In this document: positions 1 through 11,466 of the stretch, piece after piece
How positions within the stretch are numbered: the first letter of the stretch is position 1
Layout: every line of letters begins with the position of its first letter
DNA from: Naegleria gruberi
Lineage: Eukaryota
Reading direction: 5' to 3' (one strand)
Assembly: GCA_000004985.1 (NCBI GenBank)
Contig: GG738932.1
Length of the DNA stretch: 64,000 nt
Made by a program: the position numbers and the translations under genes
The notes under the pieces: model-generated
Seen by the model: the letters and a program-made list of their open reading frames with translations, nothing else
Databases searched by the model: none
Told to the model about the DNA's origin: nothing

Positions 1-2282
1 AAAACATTACAAATCAAACTCAATATTAAAATTTGCAAAAATATCAAAACTGAAACTGTAAATCTGTCAAATGCCTTAATTCCATTATTTGCATAAAATC
101 TCACACTACCATTTGGTTCCAATAATGAAAATTCTCCCGCCAATCTTGAACTATTCGAAATCATGGCACTTGCTGAAAGTAAAATCAACAAAATGAATAA
201 AGTTAATTGGTTTCGTTTCACTTGTTTTCTCTGGAGAATTAAACTAACGATGGAAACTATTAGAAACACTCCAAAAACTATAATGAAAGGTCCAGAGAAT
301 GAACAAGCAAGAATACTATACAATCCATAGTATCCAATCGTATTTAAATTGGTAGAATTCGATAATGATGAAGAATTGTCAAGAATACTTTCGTATTCAA
401 GAATATAATGTGACGATTCCATTCGAAACCTTTCGTTTGTTTTTTTTTAAGTGTGCTGACAATGTGGCGCATCCTCTACCTCAATCCAATGATGCAAACA
501 TTCAGTGTGTTGCATAATATCTCCTTCCTTCCTTCTAGGATGTTCTATCTCTTCACTATCAAAGTTTCGTTTACTTTCGTTATCTGGATTTCTTCGTAGT
601 ATTGTCGTACCTATAACATCGCATCTAGAAGTGTTTTTAATTTAGTAGGTTGAGCTCAAATAGTGCAGTTGAGCAAGCGGAATATTTCTACTTTACAATG
701 AATTATTCATTTTAGTGGGTTTCTTGAATTGTTGCGGATTTCTAAATTGATTGTATTGGTAAATAGGTGAGCGCGCTTTGTACATTAATTTGTGCTATAT
801 TATTTCACATGTTTTGTAAATATGATATTTACTTTTCAATACATTACAGTAAATACTTATTAAATATTAAAATATTTGAAAAATAAAAATTTATCAAAAA
901 AAATAGCCTCAAATACATGTATGGTACCGTGAGTTTTCATGTTGTTGTTGTTATGCGAACTTTATGGCTGAGGAATGTTGATGATGAAGATTAGGCTCGG
1001 AAGCGATTTTATGTTTTCTTAGCGTAGAAGTGATTGGAAAATAGTAGTGTTGTGAGTTTTTAAATATTATTCAAGGAGTATTTAATGGATGGGTGGATGG
1101 ATTGTATTCAGATGATGACCATAATGTAGCAATGTAGTAATGATTTGGTATTTTGCAAGGTGTAGAAAGATTACGTTTGCTTGATGGTATTTAGCAAGAA
1201 TTGTTAGTGGAGTAAGTAATAATTCTATTTAAATCAATTTAATATTAAGTTGCACAATAGAGGATGAATCCAACATGAATTTGATGAATGGCCTGTTACA
1301 GTTGTCAAGATGATCATTGGAGAGGAGAAGCATGAAATATCTTCCCAAATTATTTACACATTGGGAAACAAGACACTCTCTTTAAGAAATGATCAAGTTG
1401 ACTGGATGTAATTATTGGATAGGCATGTGGAGGTGGAGATTGAACCTTTGTTTCAACATTTTCAAAATGAGCAAACTCTAGACCTAGATAAGAGCTATTT
1501 TTGTGGTGGCGCAATCATATTTGTGTTATTGCTTCAAGTCTATAATTTCAGAACAAAATGTACGTGTAAAAGTTTGCCAATTCTATCTTTCTAAAACAAA
1601 TGGTACAACAGAATTACAATGCTATATCAGATGGCTCTTAATGAACCAATTTAAAGTAACATCTAGCTCAGTTGAAGAAATCTTTTCTTGTTCAGGGAAG
1701 ATATGAACTGTTGGAGAGATTGAATAGTGATTTCAAATATGTTTAGAAACAGTCAAACAAAATGTTCATGCACTTCAATATGCATCTGATGAATTGAAAG
1801 ATCAGATAGATTTCATATTAGATAGAAATTGTGTTACAAGCAACCAAACATTATCTGTCTAGAAAATCCCTCCGTTTTTTCCTAGAAATTCCAATTTTAT
1901 ACTTAGGTATGACCTTAGTGAAACAACAAGATAATGAAAAAACAGGTAGTAATGGATGTTTTCCATCTACCATGTTGGTTTTATCATTTTAAATGATATA
2001 TTGAAGAAGCCTAGGGATGCAAACACACTTTTTTTAAAAAACGAACTTCTATCTATGGTATTATGTCTGAAAAAATCTGATGCTTTCGAGATATAGTCGT
2101 TAACTGAAGCAGTACTATATACTGTAAACTAGATACCTTCTTTTCCACTTTCAAATAATTTCTTTTTATGAAAAGTTCTGTAATCTTCACTTGTATAATT
2201 TCCATTTTCATCATTCACAAAAAACTATTACAACAACCATATAATCAATCCAAATTATTAGAAACCAATCAAAACAAAACAA

Positions 2283-2584
2283 TGAGAAAACTAATCCTTC
2301 TCCTAATTGCTCTCTTCCTGATTGCTAGCTATCAAACCGTCACTGCTCAATGGTATGGTGCCTACAATGCTGCCTTCAACGCTGCAACCACTCCATGGAT
2401 GGCCACAACTGGAGCTTACAATCCTGCTCTCTACAGCAATGCCTACATGGGTGCCAACTCTTTCACTCCTTATTTGGCCACCTCTGCTGCAACAAGCACA
2501 ATTCCAATTCTTGCAAATATGCAAGCAAGTAGTGCTGCCTTCAATACTTGGTCAACTATGCCATATGGAGGTATGTATTGGTAA
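2283..2584 (+). CDS. small secreted Ala/Tyr/Asn/Thr-rich protein (hypothetical)
   Basis: Internal ATG of ORF 2168..2584 gives MRKLILLLIALFLIASYQTVTAQ, a signal-peptide-like N-terminus. The mature part is low-complexity (WYGAYNAAFNAATT...). It is preceded by an A-rich leader like other starts here. No homology call possible. Confidence 0.35.
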
Positions 2585-3081
2585 ATTGAAGAATTGCCAA
2601 CATACGGTTGGAATGTGAGAAGTCATTGTGATTTGATCAAAGAATTGTGAAATAAAGATTCGTGTTATTAATAATATTTACAATGAAATGTTGCAAATGG
2701 AAAAGAAAATGAATTTTTCAAATTTCATGTTGTTGTTTCCAAAATGAAAGTAATTGTTTGAGAGAATTTCATCTGATTTTGAACAATGAAACTAATCCAG
2801 GAATTACAAATTCATAATAAAAAGTAAACAAGTGTCCCATGTTGAATACCTTCTCAGAGTTCCAAATGTAAAAGGGAAATATGGAAGAATAAACCTATTT
2901 TAATTGAGAATGGCCCAAGAACAATTGAGCAAAGAAGTGCTAAACACTTTACAATTTGGAAGATTTTGAAAATTCTGAATTTTTATTCGCCCCTATATGT
3001 ATAAATAGTTATTACAATATTTCAATCTACCAATGAAAATAAAGCATGGTAGAGAAAGAATCACCAAGTATTTTAGCCACA

Positions 3082-3282
3082 TTATTGCCAACAGCAAACA
3101 TAATTACCAATATAGAGAGGGAGACACCAACAGTTACAACCATCGATACGAAAATTAAGCTCACACGTTCCACAACACCAACCAGCTTCACTGAAACTAA
3201 CGAGAGTTGTTCCAATAAGTACTAGAACCAACAATAGGTGCAACAAGTTCATATTCATTCTTTTATTTGGACTAGCAATCAA
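3082..3282 (-). CDS. candidate small cysteine-rich secreted peptide (hypothetical)
   Basis: ORF encodes MNMNLLHLLLVLVLIGTTLVSFSEA, a hydrophobic signal-like segment. It is followed by GWCCGTCELNFRIDGCNCWCLPLYIGNYVCCWQ, with 8 Cys in 33 aa. An overlapping alternative-frame ORF (3027..3215) makes the model uncertain. Confidence 0.2.
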   Translation of the reverse strand: MIASPNKRMNMNLLHLLLVLVLIGTTLVSFSEAGWCCGTCELNFRIDGCNCWCLPLYIGNYVCCWQ

Positions 3283-3579
3283 ATCACCGCTGTATTTAAA
3301 GATACTGGGAGATTGATATGGTTGGAAAATTGCTTAAAATTCTCAAGTATATATTAGGAAAATGTACAGATTGCATTAAAAACACAAAATATGGAAGTGC
3401 TCTATCTTGTCAAATTTCCTATTTTATGGAAAAATTTATGAAATTCTCTCTCAATAATTGTAAACTAGTTCAAATTTTTTTATCAAATTTGGAAATAATC
3501 TTTGTTTGTTTTTGGAAACACACTATAAATATTCTCATTTGGGACCTATCATAATTTCCACTCAAAAACAAAACCACAC

Positions 3580-3975
3580 ATGTCAGAAGTTCACATTTAC
3601 ACAATTGAGTGCATTCTCGACCACGTAGGAGCCGATCCAGGAGACACCACTGAATCTGACTCTGAAATTACAACCTCAATTACCATTGGTGGAAAGACAA
3701 AATCCTCAGGTCCATTCACTCTTCCAGTAAATCAAAATTTGAATCCACCCCTCCAATTACTATTATATAAAGATGCCATTCTCGATGCTGGAAATCTTTC
3801 TGTGAGTATGTTTGAAGTGGATTCTACCACACCAAATGATACGATTATTGGATGGACATGGCTAGCTCCAAGATTGCCTGTTGTTGGAATTGCAAGTCAA
3901 CCTTTCGTCTATCCATTTGGACAGGGAAGAGAAAATCCAACACAGGAGATGGTTATGAAGGAAGGGTTATTGTAA
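3580..3975 (+). CDS. hypothetical protein (131 aa)
   Basis: Intact ORF with ATG start. No recognisable motif. Coding-like composition. Confidence 0.3.
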   Translation: MSEVHIYTIECILDHVGADPGDTTESDSEITTSITIGGKTKSSGPFTLPVNQNLNPPLQLLLYKDAILDAGNLSVSMFEVDSTTPNDTIIGWTWLAPRLPVVGIASQPFVYPFGQGRENPTQEMVMKEGLL

Positions 3976-4588
3976 ATGTTCAGAGAGTGTTGTAGCAAGT
4001 AAAAATAAATGTTTGTTGTCTGAGACACAAAATTGAGAGGAACAATATTTCGTCTGGTTTAGTTTGACATGATTTTCAGTGATGCAACAATGGAAATATG
4101 AATTTTTCAAATTTAGAATGGTAGTTTCCAAAATGAAAATGTTATTGTATTGTTTGAGAGGAATAAGATAATTATTTCGTCTGGTTTTGTATGAACCTAA
4201 TAAAGTCCAAATTTGTATTATTTTATGGTTGTTGATTCGAAAGTAAACGAAACAGTTTCAAGCAGTATATTTGATGGAGGACGTGATTCGAATAATTTGG
4301 ACAATTCCAATACATTGATGGCAATTCAACTTGCCAATGATAATCATCAATATCAAAATATCAGAAAATGATTTCTCTTCGGCAGGAGTTTCGTTTTTTG
4401 GAAATTATGTTTCGAATTGTGGCAAGTCTTCTAATTTTTCCAAACTAAAATTTGGTGATGATTCGCTCAAATTGTAATTTGTATTCTCTCTCTATGGAGA
4501 GGGTGTCTAAATATGGCGATTGTTATAACATGTTTAGAATTAGTTTCGTCAAGAATCTGATAATTTTCAAACACAAAAAAACAACAAC

Positions 4589-5038
4589 ATGCCATCTGCC
4601 ACCAATCATACAACATTCACTTTCCAATCTACTTCCCCAAATCACATGTTTGGCATTCTCAAAAGCCAGAAAACAATACAGCTGTCAAAACATGAATCAG
4701 TTTTTTGTTTGACATCTGGCATTGACTTACAATTCACGCCAACCAAAAAGCAAACCAAGAAAAGAACCAACAAGAAAACTTCCAACAAGAATAATCTTTT
4801 AGAAAATTTATCTGATTGCACAACAAGTGAAATTTCACAAGATTCGACAATGTCACTAATCATTTCACAACATGTCAAACCACAAACTCAATTTATAGCT
4901 TCTCCACAACAAACTCCATCAATTTCGAATACAACAAGTTCAAATTTGCCAAAATCATCACTTTCGTCCAATGCAAATACGAATGTCAGTAAGAAAGTTA
5001 TTCGAACTTCAATTTCCATTCGAGAATTATTAAATTAA
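4589..5038 (+). CDS. SMFGV/SISIRELLN-family protein, member A (divergent)
   Basis: ORF ends in RTSISIRELLN. Its internal NHMFGILKSQK...HESVF is a degenerate version of the family core motif. S/T/N-rich low-complexity body. A-rich leader before ATG. Confidence 0.5.
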   Translation: MPSATNHTTFTFQSTSPNHMFGILKSQKTIQLSKHESVFCLTSGIDLQFTPTKKQTKKRTNKKTSNKNNLLENLSDCTTSEISQDSTMSLIISQHVKPQTQFIASPQQTPSISNTTSSNLPKSSLSSNANTNVSKKVIRTSISIRELLN

Positions 5039-5529
5039 AATTTAATTTTCATTGAAAAAACAAGGTTCGCACAACAAACATTAAAAAATGGTATTAATTC
5101 AAGATTTAATTTCCAAAATGATCAAACTCTTTCCATTTTTGTAAAATTTAAATATTATTTAAAAATAAATTTAATTTCTCAAAAAATCAAATTGTTCTTT
5201 TCAATTCCTGATGAAATTTATCATTGCAAGGAGATCTTGTGCTCTGATGAAGAGAACTACCTCCAAAAAGACAATAATCTAAACCTGTTCGATCACATCA
5301 ACTTTTTATGACCCAGTGAATTTGTCAATTGGGCACAAATTCGTGGAGCTGTCCAAACAGAAACTAAAGAAACAGCAAAGCCTATTCCAGTTGTGTGATC
5401 TTTCCACATGATCTCAGTTCATAATAGACACAAGAAAACACAATGCTAATAATAAAAATATAATTTTATTTAATTATTGAAATATGTGGAAAGATTTCCA
5501 ACCTTGAAATTTACCTAGTTGGAAAATTT

Positions 5530-6310
5530 ACCATTAGTGAATTTTATTGATGGTGTGATGATGATGACCATTAAGATATTTACCTTAATGATCGGACTTG
5601 CTGATGATATTGATGATAAAAGATATGATGAAGTGAAAATTCCACAACTCGATGAATACTAAGTGGAAAATTCAAACTCTCTTGATGGTGATATTAGACA
5701 TCCCTACTAATGATACTACGTTGTTGAAATTCAATCATCATGATGAAAATATATGGTGAATGATGAATACACCACCAACAAGGTGAAAACTCCAAATATC
5801 CAAAAACTATTATTCGGAGTGTTGTTGATGATGTATTTGAATGGTACTATTCGAAGAAAGTTTGGTTGATGATGAAGTACATGTTGAAATATGGTCCATG
5901 TAATATTTTGAATATATGCATGTACCTATCTTGATGAAAACAAAATTCCAATCTATGAAATTCGAATATGTATTGCTTTATACTATTACAAATAATCCCA
6001 CATATGAATTTCTGATGATGATTCACCAACTTTAATTTTTCCAATAACAAAATTACTATCTAATTCCATAACAATAAACTTCCACATAAAATTACTATTA
6101 TTACTATTATATTGATGATGTATAGATGATGAGGTTCAATTCTTGGAGTGGGAAGATGAAGAACCACTCTGAAAATAAACTACTCATAAAATTGATATTT
6201 TTTATGAATGCTAGATACGTCTTTATTGAGTTTGCTGTATGATGAAAGTATAATAAAAATTACTACTGTAACTACTATTTAAATGATGTTGAGATGATGA
6301 TGTGAAAGTT
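5530..6310. repeat. degenerate TGATGA-rich minisatellite (about 50-60 bp units, GTGAAAAYTCCA...TGATGA)
   Basis: At least 13 TGATGA/TGATGATG motifs occur in about 780 bp with no ORF. Recurring unit starts gtgaaaattcca, gtggaaaattcaa, ggtgaaaactcca and gttgaaattcaa precede each TGATGA block. Confidence 0.5.
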
Positions 6311-6833
6311 TGGTAGCTTACAGATATGAAACCACTCAAAGAATCATCAAGTCATTGACTTTATTTTTAGGTCTTCATTAAGTTGATCAGGTGAAACGGT
6401 TTCAAGATGCTTTCTTCTCTCACCCAAAGAAGTGATGGTGTTGAAAATTAGCATCAAGGTTCTTTTCAGAACCAGCTTTGTTGTTATCTAAGGTCAACCA
6501 TAGAGAAGAGTGATACTGAGCTACTATTGTCAGTTACTAGGATGTAACTTGACTTGTTGGTAGAAGTTGAAGATTTGTTTGCTGAAACTCTTTGACGAAT
6601 GTTAGAGATATTCGTTTTGCTTGGTGTTTGAATTATTTCAATACACTTTCTTTTGTTGAGCATAAAAATTATTTATCAACTCAATTTTATTGTTTACAAT
6701 TTGTGTTTAAATACTAATGTTACATCGTTCCTCACAACTCTACACTACTTTATCTCAGTAAACTTTAATAAAAACACCTTTCTTAATTGAGTTTGACGAA
6801 TTGATCAGTTCAATAATAATAATTTTACTGAGA

Positions 6834-7724
6834 TTAGTGTAATCTAGTTTTTCCACTACCTGGACATCTTTCTGGACAAGTATTTAAATCAGCATCGTGG
6901 AATAAAAAGTGCATTGTTGTGAACATGGTAAGACTACTTTCATGCTTCATACAATCATCAGAACAAAAGTTCTTACAGAATAACCATGGAATGAATGGAC
7001 CTTCCCATTGACCAATTGGATAACATTCTTGAACACTGTGTGAATAGAATAAGACAGCAGAAACTTGACCTTCATGATACATTGGAATAACTGGAACCAA
7101 AGTTTTACTCCAACCACTCAAGTGTGGAGCAGTGTAAACGTCATACCCAAAGTGGGTTCCCATCCCTTGGATACATGCCCCTTTAATGAATTGACGAGCA
7201 GTAGCTAACTTGTCAGTAAGTGGAATTTCAAAATTAAGCTTTCCTGGTTGGACAATTAAACGATCACCAATTGGTCCTCCATAAATGTCAGTATCTAAAG
7301 AGCATGCAAACTTTGGATCACGAGTAGCAATATCAATTTGATATCTATCTTTGGAGAGCTTGGTCCAAAATCCTGGAACAGTTGATCCATTCTTTAATTC
7401 CTCATGTAATTGAACTCCAAATCCACTCAATTGTCCCTTATTGGTATAATAAACAATAACTCTATTATTAATATATGGAATGCCCAAATATTCATGACAT
7501 ACACGAGCACCATCCAACAATTTCCATTCATTAGAGGCAACAGCAGCACTTTCGTTCAATGGAATTGGAGTTTTGCTGAAGAATGTATGTGTCAAACGAT
7601 CACCCAATCCTTGGAATTTAGTAACCGATCTAGTATTTTGAATCATCTTGTCCAATTCAATACCTTGAAGTTCAGAGACAATCATCATCATGATAACAAC
7701 AACAGCAAAAGCCACCTTCATCAT
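6834..7724 (-). CDS. secreted hypothetical protein (about 297 aa)
   Basis: Internal ATG-ATG at 7724/7721 gives MMKVAFAVVVIMMMIVSELQG, a signal peptide. It is followed by a Cys-containing globular region (GACIQGMGTHFGYDVY...CKNFCSDDCMKHE). No confident family assignment. Confidence 0.5.
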   Translation of the reverse strand: MMKVAFAVVVIMMMIVSELQGIELDKMIQNTRSVTKFQGLGDRLTHTFFSKTPIPLNESAAVASNEWKLLDGARVCHEYLGIPYINNRVIVYYTNKGQLSGFGVQLHEELKNGSTVPGFWTKLSKDRYQIDIATRDPKFACSLDTDIYGGPIGDRLIVQPGKLNFEIPLTDKLATARQFIKGACIQGMGTHFGYDVYTAPHLSGWSKTLVPVIPMYHEGQVSAVLFYSHSVQECYPIGQWEGPFIPWLFCKNFCSDDCMKHESSLTMFTTMHFLFHDADLNTCPERCPGSGKTRLH

Positions 7725-9083
7725 CACAGAATTATTATTAATTCTCATCATCGGAACGGGTGCGCGATTTTTTATGTTTTTTTTTAATGGAGATGAAACT
7801 CTGAAAACTTGCACAATCTATGAAGTATCCTCCTTCGACCAGTCCGTCCTTAGAGTGGAACAGTGTGTTGGGCAACTCCTTTATGTTTGTGTGAGGTCCT
7901 TCCTTGAGGCCAATGTTAGTAATAGATTGCAATTATTATTTTAAGTGGGATGTTGGTTGATGAATGTTCCATGGCTCAAATTTATTTCTAATTGATGATA
8001 TGAAGATATTGTGAGAGGAGAATCAACGCTAATCGAAGATGTTGTTGAAGTGCGGAAGATGAAGGTCCATCTCCTCAACAGTTCCTAATAATTAAAACAA
8101 TTAAATATAAAAATTATGAATCCTCACCCGATCCATATCCAGTCTCACTACCCTGTGGATATATTTCATATGAAAAGTTTAAGGAATTATTCCAGATTGT
8201 CTCAAGGATTCCATCAGAAAAAATAGAGATGATATCAATCGTCTCTTCTCATCTGAAAAAAAGCAAGTTGCAAATTACCTTAATCAATAGTTTAGAAAAC
8301 TTGAAAGAGGTGGAATTTCATTCGTGTTGAGAGTTGGTCCTGTAAATCTCAAACACCATGTCTTTGGAAGAGAATTTCCTCAGAGATGAAGATAAGGAAA
8401 AACAACTTGTCAAGAAAAAGAACAGAAACAAAAGAGAATGGAAAAGAAGGAGGAATTTCTTTTAAATGGAGAAGTGGCAAACCAGATACATGTGAATAAA
8501 AATACCAAATTTACAAAATGGGATTCACCTTCCAGAGACGGAAAGTAAATCACACTGATATGCATTTGGAAGAGTGATGGATTTTGGAAAGTATTCTTGC
8601 TTTTATCTAATTGCAAGTTTCGAATAAAAATGTTAATCCTTCTCATTCTAATTTAAAAATTGGTTAATAATATTTTGCTGTAGATACTTTTGGCGCCAAA
8701 CAGTAACTAAACATGAGTGTATGCATTGTATTCGCTTCGTTACTAACCAATGATTCGTTCACATTAAGGTGGAACACCTGTCGAATTAGATGTCAAGAAA
8801 AGTGTGATATTCTCAAGTTGTGGAACAGATTCTTAATGCATAAATAACCAACAAATCAACATTTTCATGATTCTACTTCGATATTTCATTTTCTCTTTCG
8901 TATAAAACTAGATCAGAATTAAAATACGAAACATTGTTTATTTGTGGTTATTCTCGTCAAGAACTTGCCTTTTGAGGGTTTATCACGTTTTGTGAGGGAT
9001 GTCAAGCTTTCACCTCAAGAATTGTCTTGTTTCAAACCACACAAAAAAAAATCAACAAGAAACTTAACGAAACTAATATCAAA

Positions 9084-9940
9084 ATGAAAGGTTCCTACTT
9101 GCACGAATTGGTACAGAAACGCTCACAAGATGTGGAAACTAGACTAAAGCTTATTATTAAACACAGTATGACTCAAGTTTCGAATAATTGTGAGGAATAT
9201 AAAAAACTTACGGAAGACGAAACTCTACAACGAATGCCATCATCACGAGAGTAAGTAAGCCAACCATCACCACAACACGTTTCTAATAACATTTATCATC
9301 ACAACATGTTTAAATTTCTTGACCTTTTTTCAGTCACAAATCTTTCCAATACAAAGACTTTCTTCCATTCGAATGTCATGAAATTAGAAAGATGTGTGGC
9401 ATGACAGAGAGAGAATTCTTCATGTCCATTCAAGAATCCACCTTTTCTTTCGAATTCCACAAAGATTTAGAAAATAAGAAATGTTTCGTCCAAAGCATGA
9501 CGAAAGATTCCAAATTCTTCATCAAATCAGTTACCAAAATGGAAGCAAAAGAAATCAGATCCACCATCATTCCATCTCTCATTAAGGAAATGAAAAAATC
9601 ACGAAATATTACCATTGCGCCAATTATGGGTTTATTCAAAATTATTGTAAACAAGAAAACTATTCGATTTGTGGTAACTTTGAACTTTTTCAAGCCAGCT
9701 GAGGATTTTATTGAAGCACTTTCGTTTGATGAGAGCAAGTCAATTTCCTATTCGAATGATTCATTGAATTCGTATAAACAACATCAACAGTATTCGTTGA
9801 GTGTAAATAGAAATGAAGATTTGGCGGGAAATGATTCGAATAACTTGTCGAGGAAGAGTCAATGGTTGAAATCCCATAGATTTTCAATCCAAGTGAATGA
9901 TTTAAACAAATTGAAGGAATCTTGGAGTGAGTTGTATTAA
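9084..9940 (+). CDS. PIPK-like protein (phosphatidylinositol-phosphate kinase N-lobe homolog, degenerate), 2 exons
   Basis: Exon 1 is 9084..9250, the intron 9251..9333 (GTAAGT...TTTTTTCAG) and exon 2 9334..9940. The junction reads ...RMPSSR/DHKSFQYKDFLPFECHEIRKMCGMTEREFFMS. The segment DSKFFIKSVTKMEAKEIRSTIIPSLIKEMKK...[25 protein letters not shown] aligns to the PIP5K core ([25 protein letters not shown]...[24 protein letters not shown]). The G-loop GxSGS is replaced by QESTFS. No DLKGS or MDYSL catalytic half is present. Confidence 0.5.
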
Positions 9941-10700
9941 AAATTATTCGAAACTTATCGAATGAGAACTTGAACATGAAAATGATTCGGCTGCAGATAA
10001 ACATGAAGAATTAATGACAGTAGAAAACAATATACTAACAAAATAAAATACGAAACTCTCAAATTTGCTAAATTGAGAAGAAAAAGAAATTGTAAATGAA
10101 AAGGACATGGTTTCTAATAGATCGGATTAGTTTGAAATAGTCCAAGATGATGAACAGTTGCAACCTTTATTCTTATCTCCTTGGTCATGATATCCATAGT
10201 GAAAAATGGGAATGACTATAATTTTTACGAAACGGATTGAAACCTACCTATTTTGCAGCTTGCCTTCTTTTAATTCAATGATGGCAGGACTTTTGACATC
10301 TACCTTCCCCTTACGATAATGAAGGCATCATGAAATTATACTCTCGATATCACTTTCTATTCTCTCAAAAGGAATTTTGCTGTTTCAGATAAATGAAGAC
10401 AAAGCTTCTATGGAAAACTATTAAAAGTTTCGTGGATATCGAAGGAAATTAGGAGTGAATGACAGTTTCCAATAACTGATCTTGGTTCCCTTATAGATTT
10501 TGGCGCCACTATCTTTGCGAGAAGAGGTTATTCGAATGAAGACGAAATGAATTTTTTCATCCCCGTGAAAGTATGCTCAACACCTATTTAGCAAATACAA
10601 ATGGCAATGTTAACACAAAACGGATTCTTTGCGATAAGGGAGCCGAATCTAATTTAAACAAAAAGAAACTTAAATATTCTAGCAATAATTCAAAAAAAAC

Positions 10701-11204
10701 ATGTCTACAACACATCTATTCAATACTCTCAACAATAGTGCTAACAGATATCGTCACACTAGTCCTCATTCCATCATGATGATGTCAACTAACAATATTC
10801 TGCATTCGTCTCCTTCCACACTTTCGAATAATACCTTTCCAATAACCAAAGTGATTAAAAACAATGCAGTACCACATACACAGCAATCCAAGATAACAAA
10901 GCCATCCAAAACTAAAAAGGCAACCTATTTGGAAGGTTTCGACACTGTTTCTTTCACTGCCAATCAATCAATGTTTGGCGTTACTAGAAAACGAAAGAGT
11001 AAACCAATCGAATATGAACAAGTTTTGAATTTTGGTTGTATTGCTCCTCCTTCCAGTGAGAATAGTGTCATTCCACGAAAGATGAGACAATCTCTTGATA
11101 ATTATTCAAGCGTTTCGTCCACTTCTTCCACAACGACGTCAAATGAAAGAACGAGTCCAAGAATTGTGAGAACTTCCATTAGTATTCGAGAATTGTTGAA
11201 TTGA
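10701..11204 (+). CDS. SMFGV/SISIRELLN-family protein, member B
   Basis: Contains VSFTANQSMFGVTRKRKSKPIEYEQVLNF and ends RTSISIRELLN. ATG at 10701 after an A8 leader. Confidence 0.55.
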   Translation: MSTTHLFNTLNNSANRYRHTSPHSIMMMSTNNILHSSPSTLSNNTFPITKVIKNNAVPHTQQSKITKPSKTKKATYLEGFDTVSFTANQSMFGVTRKRKSKPIEYEQVLNFGCIAPPSSENSVIPRKMRQSLDNYSSVSSTSSTTTSNERTSPRIVRTSISIRELLN

Positions 11205-11466
11205 GTTGTTCAATTCTCAATTATATTGTAAATATTTCCCTTTGTAAATATGATGTAAATACTATTAGAGAGAGATTGTAGTAGCTTTCACATTAAGTTG
11301 TGAATTTTTTGCTATTCGAATAAAAACTAAATTATTTTCCTAGAATCCTATTTGCTTGTTAATTGTATTGAATTGAAGGATTAATTGATGACAATCAAAT
11401 AAAATATCACGTCAATTATCACAAAATATTCGAATATTAAAGAGAAATAGTTTGTATAAAATTCAT

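Noticed and set aside
60-440. Possible terminal exon of a membrane protein on the minus strand at the window edge
   Set aside because: A hydrophobic reading frame exists but has no start within the window, no motif and no ORF-track support. It cannot be supported.
2303-2618. Overlapping ORFs 2303..2524(-), 2322..2618(+) and 2350..2532(+)
   Set aside because: These are frame artefacts within the A/Y/N-rich small ORF. None has an independent start context or a motif.
5530-6310. Interpretation of the TGATGA-rich region as a polycistronic box C/D snoRNA cluster
   Set aside because: C-box-like TGATGA motifs are abundant but CTGA D boxes occur only about 3 times. No consistent terminal stems or guide-like spacing were seen. 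A degenerate minisatellite explains it better.
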